From IMG/VR virus record IMGVR_UViG_2622736468_000003: DNA of 64,000 nucleotides; one strand, given 5' to 3'. The position numbers and the translations under genes were made by a program. Positions 53,387 to 62,700 of the stretch are shown piece after piece (within the stretch, counting starts at the first letter, position 1; the number at the start of each line of letters is the position of its first letter). The stretch comes from a virus (lineage: Duplodnaviria > Heunggongvirae > Uroviricota > Caudoviricetes). The notes under the pieces were generated by a model that saw nothing but the letters and a program-made list of their open reading frames with translations, did not search any database and was not told the origin of the DNA.

Positions 53387-53527
53387 ATGTCGCAAAAATC
53401 GCTCATCACCGTCACAATTTGTATGACGGTAATCTTCACCATCTGGATGTTACACGGCTCGTTGTGTGAGTTCCGGCTGAATTTGTGGGGAGCGGAGTTT
53501 GCGGCGTTCTTACAGTGTAAGCAGTAG
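53387..53527 (+). CDS. Second Hok/Gef-like small toxin (46 aa, candidate)
   Basis: MSQKSLITVTICMTVIFTIWMLHGSLCEFRLNLWGAEFAAFLQCKQ: transmembrane helix then SLCE and E-AAF as in Hok; GGAGG SD; hairpin at 53536-53560. Confidence 0.5.
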   Translation: MSQKSLITVTICMTVIFTIWMLHGSLCEFRLNLWGAEFAAFLQCKQ

Positions 53528-53583
53528 GAAAACCGCGACGGGGACGAAAGTCCCCGTCAACTGGTTGCTGAGGTTCAGCCGAT

Positions 53584-53985
53584 ATGGCACCCGTTTCTGG
53601 TGAGAGAATGGACGACAAAATTCTCCGGTATATGCAGCGTGTTGTGAGAAATTCCCGCAACCCTGAATTTATGAATGAAGTTAAAGACGCCTGCCTTAAA
53701 AAGCAGGCGTTTTGCTTTGAGGCACCGGATGGTTTTCTGGTGCTGCGTTCTGTGCTCAGTGACGACGGTATCCCTTATGTTCTGGTGTTGCTGGGCGTGT
53801 GTACGGGGAGTAACAGCGTTGAGCGTTATCTGCCGGAGGTGAAGACATTAACCCGTCTGGCTGGCGGACGCTGGGCTGAATTCCATACGGCAAGACGGGG
53901 ATTTATCCGGCTGGGAAAACGTCTGGGCTTTGAGCGAATGCCGGATGATGAGGATGGCTTCATGGTGTTCAGGATAGCGGTCTGA
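53584..53985 (+). CDS. Hypothetical protein
   Basis: 133-aa ORF. Confidence 0.35.
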   Translation: MAPVSGERMDDKILRYMQRVVRNSRNPEFMNEVKDACLKKQAFCFEAPDGFLVLRSVLSDDGIPYVLVLLGVCTGSNSVERYLPEVKTLTRLAGGRWAEFHTARRGFIRLGKRLGFERMPDDEDGFMVFRIAV

Positions 53986-54076
53986 CTGCCACTGTATTCA
54001 TTATCGTGTGTAAACCAATTGCAATTCACATTCTGACCCTGCCCCGGCAGGGTTTTTTGTTATCCAGGGGGCCATA

Positions 54077-54733
54077 ATGGGCGGAAAAAAAGGCGGTGGT
54101 GATACCAAAGTAAAACCAACAGCAGCGCAAATAGCACAGGAAGAAGTGGCCTGGAAAGGGTGGCAGGATTATCAAAAAATCCTCCGCCCGGCTGAAGATA
54201 ACTTCATGGAAAAGGTCGATGACCTGAACAGTGAGCAGCAGTACGACAATATTGCTGGCACCACAAATCTGGGGTATCAGAAACAGTTTGGCGAAGCACG
54301 GAAGGAGCTGGCGGGTAATCTTGCTCAGTCCGGTGTTGACCCGTCCAGTGGTCGCTTTAACGCGGTAATGAATGCGAACCAGAGTGATCAGGTAACCGGG
54401 CAGATTGACACAACCACACGGGGGCAGGTATCGCAGGCAGATAAGTATGTTGCCGGGCTACAGGATGTTGCTGCTCTCGGTTCTGGTCAAAAGGCGGATG
54501 CGTTACAGAGTTTTAACTCGCTGGCAGACAGCAGTCTGGCAAAAGCTAAATCGGACGCACAGGCTGCGTTTACGAAACAGCAGGGGCGAGCCTCTCTTGT
54601 TGGCGCTGGTTTGGGTGCGGTAGGTGCATATGCGATGTATAAGGCTGGCGGTAGCGGAGGAAGTGGCGGTGCTAAAACACCAGGCACCGGCGCTAATGCC
54701 ATTCAGCATCAGGCTCAGAACTGGAGACTGTGA
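54077..54733 (+). CDS. Hypothetical virion-module protein (Gly/Gln/Ala-rich)
   Basis: 218-aa ORF. Confidence 0.4.
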   Translation: MGGKKGGGDTKVKPTAAQIAQEEVAWKGWQDYQKILRPAEDNFMEKVDDLNSEQQYDNIAGTTNLGYQKQFGEARKELAGNLAQSGVDPSSGRFNAVMNANQSDQVTGQIDTTTRGQVSQADKYVAGLQDVAALGSGQKADALQSFNSLADSSLAKAKSDAQAAFTKQQGRASLVGAGLGAVGAYAMYKAGGSGGSGGAKTPGTGANAIQHQAQNWRL

Positions 54734-55182
54734 TTATGGAGTACGGTAAATACGAAACACTTGCGAGATACGGTTATACCGGAGCTGCCCGTCCACAGGG
54801 TGACTGGCAGACGTCAGCAGCGCTGACACGCCAACAATACGACGACTGGCGAACCAGATATTTGCCCCGCGTGGCAAGGCTGGCTGACCTTGGCGAGAAC
54901 AACAGCCTGATGAATGCACAGCTTGCCCGGGTGGGCGGCCTTGCCACTTCCAGTCTCCGTACAGCGCAGATGGCGCAGGATAACCAGATGGCGAGATACG
55001 GGGTAAGCCGCCCGGATAATCCCAACAGTAACACACTGGGTTTGCGTAATGCTCTGGCAATTGCTGGCGCGAAAAATGGTATCCGTGAAGCAGAGCAGGA
55101 TCGCCAGATGAACATACTGACGGGGGCTTCTGCACCTGCAAGACAACAACTGAGTGTTGGCGGAAAACTGGTGTCAGCGTAA
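54730..55182 (+). CDS. Hypothetical protein
   Basis: 150-aa ORF overlapping the upstream stop. Confidence 0.4.
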   Translation: MIMEYGKYETLARYGYTGAARPQGDWQTSAALTRQQYDDWRTRYLPRVARLADLGENNSLMNAQLARVGGLATSSLRTAQMAQDNQMARYGVSRPDNPNSNTLGLRNALAIAGAKNGIREAEQDRQMNILTGASAPARQQLSVGGKLVSA

Positions 55183-55191
55183 GGGGGCAAT

Positions 55192-55443
55192 ATGGGATAC
55201 GGTTTACTGGATATTGCGAATCAGTCGCGGCGTGAGGCATTACAGGGAATAAGTGATGCCGACAGACGACGTGAAGAAATTGAGGCCGCGAACAAACAGA
55301 TGGCGGCGCAACAGAAAGCGCAGAACAAACAGAATATCGGCACGGGAATTGGTACGGGTGCAGCTATGGGCGCTGCTGTTGGTGGTCTCCCCGGTGCGGC
55401 TATTGGTGCTGTCATAGGTGGTATTGCTGGTTCTTTGTTTTAA
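55192..55443 (+). CDS. Small protein with C-terminal glycine-zipper membrane segment
   Basis: GTGIGTGAAMGAAVGGLPGAAIGAVIGGIAGSLF. Confidence 0.4.
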   Translation: MGYGLLDIANQSRREALQGISDADRRREEIEAANKQMAAQQKAQNKQNIGTGIGTGAAMGAAVGGLPGAAIGAVIGGIAGSLF

Positions 55444-55453
55444 GGAGTGGTGA

Positions 55454-56719
55454 ATGAGCGGATTTGCACAGGGTTTACTTGCCGGATTCAGCACGGTTGA
55501 CCAGGCAATGACCCGTCGTAAGGAACTTGGTTTGCGAGAAGCACAGCTTGCTCAACAACAGAAAAATAACGAGCGCGATTTTGAATTTGCACAGTCGCAG
55601 TTTGAACATAATAAAGACGTTGATCAGCGGAACTTTGATTACAGAGCCAAAGTCGACGACCGTAATTATGCACTGCAGGAAAGGGAGTTTAACGCCAACC
55701 AGAATTACCGGAATGCGTCGCTGGGTATGGAGCAGCAGCGACTCCGGATGCAGAAATACAACCAGCGACGGCTTGAGTATAACGATATGCTGGCGCGCGA
55801 TCAGCCTGTGATGGCGGCGCTTGGAAAGGCTGTGGATGCTGGCGATCGGGATGCAGCAATGCGTCTTTACGGCCAGTTGTCAGAGGGTAATCCGCTGAGG
55901 CTGATGGCGAATGATGGCTATGTAGCGAAAGCGGGTCAGGCCGTGAACAACCTGCAAAAAATCTTTGATGACAAGCCAGACAGGGCTATCGCTTCACTTA
56001 ATACGCCGGAGAATCTTGATGTCCTTTCCGGGGTGTTTGGCCCGGAACTGCAACAGCGTATTGGCATGCCCGATTCAACCGGGAAAAAGACGATAAAAGA
56101 GGCCAGGATTGGCAGTATAGTACCGGCACAGCAGGAAGGGTACATACTTATCGGCCTTGATCTCACATACAGTGATGGCTCTACAGCACATAAACCCGTT
56201 ACGGAATACGGCAGTGCACATCCTGATGATCAAACCGTGCTGGCGGTGCCTGTTGATAAGGCTGTTGAGCTTGTCAGGGATCGCAGTAAATTCGCGGAAA
56301 TTTCGAAAAATTTCGGCTATTTCACGCCGAAGCAGCAGGGACTTTCTGCGGATCAACTTCAGAAAGGAGCCAGCCAGGTAGCGATAAAGGTTGCACAGGA
56401 CGGCGGTGATGCGCAGGGAGCAGTGACGCAATATTATGCTTCGATGGGACTGCCGCAGTATCAGCAGCAAATTCAGCAGCAAAAAATTCAACAAGGGATT
56501 ACCAGTTGGGCGGGTGATGATCCGGATAAGCAGGCATTTGCCAGAGAAGTGGCCTCCCGTCAGCCAGAAATGCTGGAGCCTCAGAATCAGAAATTGCTGG
56601 AACACGGGTATGCGAATTTTCTCCGTATTCAAAAGGCCAGGGGGGAACAGGCCAGGGATGATAGCGCGGCCTCTGCATCTGAGTTTATCCGTGGTCTGAA
56701 ACAGAATTACGCGCAGTAA
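55454..56719 (+). CDS. Hypothetical protein (Gln-rich, coiled-coil)
   Basis: 421-aa ORF; terminator-like hairpin at 56752-56777. Confidence 0.4.
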   Translation: MSGFAQGLLAGFSTVDQAMTRRKELGLREAQLAQQQKNNERDFEFAQSQFEHNKDVDQRNFDYRAKVDDRNYALQEREFNANQNYRNASLGMEQQRLRMQKYNQRRLEYNDMLARDQPVMAALGKAVDAGDRDAAMRLYGQLSEGNPLRLMANDGYVAKAGQAVNNLQKIFDDKPDRAIASLNTPENLDVLSGVFGPELQQRIGMPDSTGKKTIKEARIGSIVPAQQEGYILIGLDLTYSDGSTAHKPVTEYGSAHPDDQTVLAVPVDKAVELVRDRSKFAEISKNFGYFTPKQQGLSADQLQKGASQVAIKVAQDGGDAQGAVTQYYASMGLPQYQQQIQQQKIQQGITSWAGDDPDKQAFAREVASRQPEMLEPQNQKLLEHGYANFLRIQKARGEQARDDSAASASEFIRGLKQNYAQ

Positions 56720-56787
56720 TTCACCATTCCCGTTAATACTATTTCCTGATACCCGGTCATTGTGCCGGGTTTTTTTATGGAGTCTGT

Positions 56788-59700
56788 ATGGCTTATTCCG
56801 ATGAACAGCGCCCTGAAGCGCAATTTGGCAACCAGAGCCGCAACAGCCTGAACATTCAGCAGCCGGGAGAGACTGACAGCTATGATGTGTTTTTCTCCGA
56901 TCCCAATCGCTGGAAGGACAACAGCACGTCGTTCAGCCTGGGCGATGTATTGCCAACTATGGGGAAAGGTGTCGCCCAGTCCGTCCGGGGGACAGGGGAA
57001 ATGGCCCGTGGACTCGGTGATGCGATGATTCAGAGCCCGGTAAAAACAGGGGCACGTATTTTAAATGAGTTCAGCCGTATGGGGCTGCCGGGAGTCGCAA
57101 CTGTTCAGGATATTTTTGTCGGTGGCAGCAAGGGGGCGGATGAGGTCATCGACACTCTGCCTGATGGAAAAAATGCGGTTACTGATACTGTCGGTAAAGG
57201 TCTGAAGGTCACAGGCAAGGCAGTCAGTGGCGGCGCTAAAGCCTCGGATGAATGGCTGACTGGCAAGATGTCGCCGGGGGCGCAGCGGGCGCTGAATACA
57301 CCGATGACTGAAGGATATGATGATTCAGCGGTCTGGGTAGCGAAAGGGGTTAACCTGATTGGTGCGCTTGTACCGGATATGGTTGCAGGCGGTGTGACTA
57401 AAAAGCTGGGTGATGTCACTCTGCGAAAAGTGCTGACCGCCGGGCTGGAGAAAAAATACATCGCGGCAGGGATGCAGCCGGAAAGAGCCACAGCACTGGC
57501 AGCCGAAGCTGTCGATAAAAAAATGCCGGATTTTTTCCAGGCAGGCCTGATCACCCATTCCACTGTCAGTGCGCAAGGGCGGAGTGCAATGGCAGCGGCA
57601 GATGCTGTTCTTAACGCGGATTATTCTGAGCTGGCGAAGTCACCGAAATTTCAGCAGACCTTTTTGTCAATTGATGCAGATCCGCAGCACGCGCAGCTTA
57701 CTGACCGCCAGAAAATGGACCTGGCAAAAGAGCGTGTTGCCGATGAGGTGCGTGCGCAACTGGCAACCGATCCTGAATTGCTGGCTGTGAATGCCATGGC
57801 GGCAAAACTGGGCGATGCTCAGTTGCTTAATCTGGCGATGCGGGGCACGGCGAAGACCGTTAAAAGCGGCATTGTCAGAAATGCCACGGAACAGGGGACG
57901 ATTAATGCGGCGCAGGGTGGCTATTTACGCTATCAGGAAAACACGGCATTGCGTGAGACCGCCGGAATGGATGTGTCACCGTGGGAGGGCGTGGCTGACG
58001 CAACGATCGAAGGTGCAGCCCTTGGTGCTGCAATGGGGGCACCATTCGGTGCGGCTGCCGGATATCGTGGAAAACGTCAGGCGGCAGATGAAGCAGCCAT
58101 GCGTGAGGCTGAAAGCGTTCCTCAGGACGAATCGGCTCCGCAACCCGAACCGGTTGATCCGGTGGCACAGCATCGTGAATCTATGCAGGGGATGAATCGC
58201 GAGCAGCTTCTGGAACAGTATGCTGATGCGGATATGGCACATGAGGGAGACACGTCTGCCGTTCATCGCCGGGAAGCCGCCAGCCAGCTGTTGAATGAAC
58301 TGGATGAACAGGCGAAGCGACAGGCGGTGATGGATGAGCTGAAGGCGAAGCCGCGCCCTGAACTGCTTGAGGAATACCGAAAACTCAGCCAGAAGGAAGG
58401 GCGTACTGATACTGAAGAGCAGCAGTTACAGGCAATACGTGATGTGCTTCGCCCTCAGCGGGAGGCCAGACCGGAGGCACAGCCACAGCCGGAAAATGCG
58501 GATGATGGCGACGGGAGTATTTACCCGACGGTGCGGTTCCGCGATCCGGATGAAGTTCGTATTGAAATTAACGAGAGTGGTGCGTCCAGACCAGCAGAAC
58601 GCATTGAAAAGGTGCGTCCGGACAACCGTTATTTCACGGATGAAAAAAGTGCTCTGGGGAGCGACGTTTTCCGCAATGCCAGCGCCACCGGCCTGAAACC
58701 GTCCGTAGTGAAGAAAGGCGAGAATCAGTATGCCGTTGAAATGGATAATCCTGCGTTCTCTGAAGATGTGGCAACGGAGACCATTAACACTCTGGCTGAC
58801 GGAGAGCGTATTACTGATGCTGATCCGATGGAACAGCCCGCGTTCATGCGTGACCCGCGATTCCGTGGTTTTACGGGGGATGATACAGAAGTGCAGGCCC
58901 GTCTTGCCCGTGGCAACGCGCCGACGGCGGAAGAACTGGTGCGTTCCCAGATGGCTGAAGGTGATGCCGGTCCGACAGCACAGGAGTTAACTGAGCGTCC
59001 ACGCCTTCCCGCTCCCGGCGATATTCATCCCGGACAGGGATATCCGTTACCAGGAGAAGTAGCGCGTACGCCGGATGAAAATCAGGCCGGACGTGGTGGT
59101 CGTTTTACCACAACCGGTGAGGTGAAGGGCCAGAGTTTCCAGAAAGGACGTGCGCAGGCACCGGAAAATGCCGCTGGTCGCCAGGGGGAAATACTGGAGG
59201 GCGAAACAGTTCGTCGTGGTCTGCCGTCACCGGATGAGCAGAACGCCACAGCACCAGTGCGTGAAGGACTTCCTGCACCTGAAAGTCAGCGTGGGGTTGA
59301 TATGCCACAGCCTGAATCACTCCCTCGTATGGTTCGTGACTCCCTTCCGGAACTGGCACAGCAGGCAGAAGCACGCAGACAGACCGGGGATAATCGCCAG
59401 ACCATAACCGATGTTCCGGATACTGAGGTGCCGGTGCCGGTAGATAAACCGAGCACTCACCAGCAGGCGCGTGGTGCGAAAATTGAAGACTTTGGCGAGG
59501 AGATTAAGGGCGCGGCAAAACACCGTTATGCGCAGCTTGCTGAAGCTATGGGTAAAACGCTGGAGGATGGGGAGTACGCGACACAACCACTGAGCAAACT
59601 GTTTCCAAAGCCGGATTATGCCCGTCTGGAAAAAGAAGGTGTGGATAGTGACACGCTGGCAATGATGGCGTTGTATCGCAGTGAAATTCCCACCAGAACA

Positions 59701-62700
59701 AGCCGTAACATGCAGAAATGGATCAGCATTGTTAAAAGCGGTCGCGAAGCTACTGCCGGTATGCTGGAGGGGAAAATTCCGGCAGCGAAACTGGCTGATA
59801 TGATGGACAGTAAGCCGGGGTTACGGAGCATGTCGGATACCTGGAAACTGCTCCGTACGCTTTCTGCATTGCAGATTGATAAAGCATCCGGCTATCGTGT
59901 CAGGTCCGGTGTTTATTCGTTTGTCGGGGGAAAACGTTACGATCCGCCGCAAATGATGTATTCGCTTCGTGATAGCAAGGGGCGCGACCTCTTTTTCTCG
60001 GAAAGCCGGGATGAGTTACTGAAAAAGGCGAAAGCATATTTCGATGAACAAGGCTCCAGAGAAAGGGAAACGCCAGCAACCTCTGCTGATGACAGAATAA
60101 CCTTTGACGTGTACCGGCATAAGGCCAGTGGCGACATTTTTATCGGTTATGGCAAAAACAGGCAGAAACTGAAGGGCGGTTTTGAGTCTGCCCGTGATGC
60201 ACATGATTATGTGCGCACACATCGTGATGAGCTGGTTAATCAGGTGAAGGCGCTGCGTGAAGTCTCGCGTGAGGAGCAGCGTAACGCCACCAACCGCGAT
60301 CGTACCGGACCAGAACGCCGCAAGGGGGATGTTTCGCCGGAGCAGTTCAGTGATGCGTTTGGTTTTCGTGGTGTGCAGTTTGGTAATTATGTGGAAAGTC
60401 CGCGTCGTCAGGCTGATTTGAACCGGGCTTATGACTCGCTGCATGACCTGGCTGACGTGCTGAACGTGCCGACAAAAGCGCTTTCTCTGAACGGTCGTCT
60501 TGGGCTTGCTTTTGGTGCCCGTGGTAAGGGTAAGGCGGCGGCACACTATGAGCCGGGTGAGGTGGCAATCAACCTGACAAAAGGTAACGGACCGGGGGCG
60601 CTGGCCCACGAATGGTTCCATTCACTGGATAATTATTTTGGTCGTTATGATGTTTCCACTGACGGGAAGATCACGTCAGGTGGCGACTATATGACGGAAG
60701 CACAGCGTGCCGGGCGCGTATTTAAAGACGGCAGGTATGTTGATGCGGAATATCCGGTACGTCAGGAGGTTTACGACGCGTTTAAAGGCGTGATGAAAGC
60801 CATTAACAGCAGTGACATGTTGCGTCGTTCTGAACGCCTGGATGGCGTTCGTTCAAAACCGTACTGGTCAACGGATGTTGAAATGGCGGCGCGAGCCTTT
60901 GAGCGTTATGTTCAGGATAAAGCGCGTATGGCTGGCGTGGAGAATGATTATCTGGTCAATATCCGTAAGGCGGATGACCATGGACAGCCGGACACCTACG
61001 CTTATCCGACGAATGCAGAACTGGATGGCGGTATTCGTGAGGCATTCGATCACTTGTTCCGAACACTGAAAACCCGTGAGACGGACAAGGGAGTTGCGTT
61101 TTATTCCCGTAAGGGCGTGACCCGCACACCTGAAGGCAATCTGATTTCGGATGTTAACCGCAGTGCGGAAGCCAAAGGCAGTCCGGTCCCGCAGGTTGAA
61201 GCTGTTGCCCGTGGCGTGATTAGTGGCATTAAGGACAGTGACCTGAAGGTCCGCGTGGTGAAGTCACAGAAAGAGGCTGAAGCACTGGCGGGTGAATCAT
61301 TCGACGGTTACGGCAAGGTGCACGCGTTCTATCGTCCGGATAAACGTGAAATTGTCCTGGTGGCGGATAACATCCCTGACGGGCGGACCGTTCGCGAGAA
61401 GTTACGTCACGAGATTATTCACCATGCAATGGAGCATGTAGTCACGCCAGCGGAATATCAGACGATTATTAAGACCGTGCTGAAAACCCGTGACAGTGAT
61501 AACGCCACCATCCGTGAAGCCTGGCGTAAGGTTGATGCGTCTTATGGTAAGGAATCACCGGAAGTGCAGGCGGGTGAATTTCTGGCGCATATGGCAGAGA
61601 AGCAGCCGATTAAATTCGTGGCGGCATGGGAGCGTGTTGTTGCCCTGGTCAAAGGGGTACTGCGTCGTACGGGGTTACTGAAGCCGACGGAACTGAACGA
61701 TATCAGACTTGTTCGCGAAACTATTCGCACGTTAGGCCAGCGTGTGCGGGAAGGTTACACGCCGCGTGAGGATGGCGCGGACGCATCGTCTCAGTACTCC
61801 CGTAGCGGTAAGCCTGATCCGTTCAAAGTGCCGGAAGGTGAGGGCGAGCGTTATCGTGATGACCTTGCCAGAATGATGAAGTCTCTGCGCTCAACGGATT
61901 TAACGGTAAACATCGGGCGTACGCCGCCGGTATTGCGTCACCTTGGCGCACCAGATTTGCCGCTGGTTATCTCCCGCGACACTGTGCGTAAGGCCACCAA
62001 TGGTGTGAAACATGTGGTGCCGATGGATGTTATCGAGAGACTACCGGAACTGATGCACGATCCGGATGCAATTTACCGTTCCGCGACAGAAAGAAACGCG
62101 GTTGTGATGCTGCTTGATGCCGTGGATAAAAATGGTGATCCGGTGGTGTCAGCGGTACACATGAAGGCTGTCCGGTCGCGCCTGGAAATCAACAAGGTGG
62201 CATCTGTTTACGGTACGGAAAACGGGAAAAAACTGAAGAGTATGGAAATGACCGGTTTAACGTTGTACCGGAGAGAAAAATTAAGCCGCGATAACCTTCT
62301 GCACAGAGGGCTCCAATTGCCCAAAGGGGAACATTCTTATCGCGGCTCTGTTGATAAAATACTCTATCCTGAAGATATTCGCAAGGGGCCGTATTACTCC
62401 CGCACCAGCAGTCTGACGCCGGAGGAGACAATTGCATCCCGTTTTGTTCGCCAGATGCAGGATAAATTCCAGGTGCTGAAGGCGGTGCAGGAGAATATCC
62501 GTAAAACTGGCGGAAAAATAGATGACAGCAATAACGCCTATATGGCTGAAGAACTCTTCCACGGGAAGGCGGAAAACGACCTGAACGTAATGAAGGAGCG
62601 CTACGTTCAGCCGCTGGCCAAATTGCTGGCGGACTACAAAATTGCGCAGGCCGATCTGGATGAGTACCTCTACGCCCGTCACGCGCCGGAACGTAACGCG

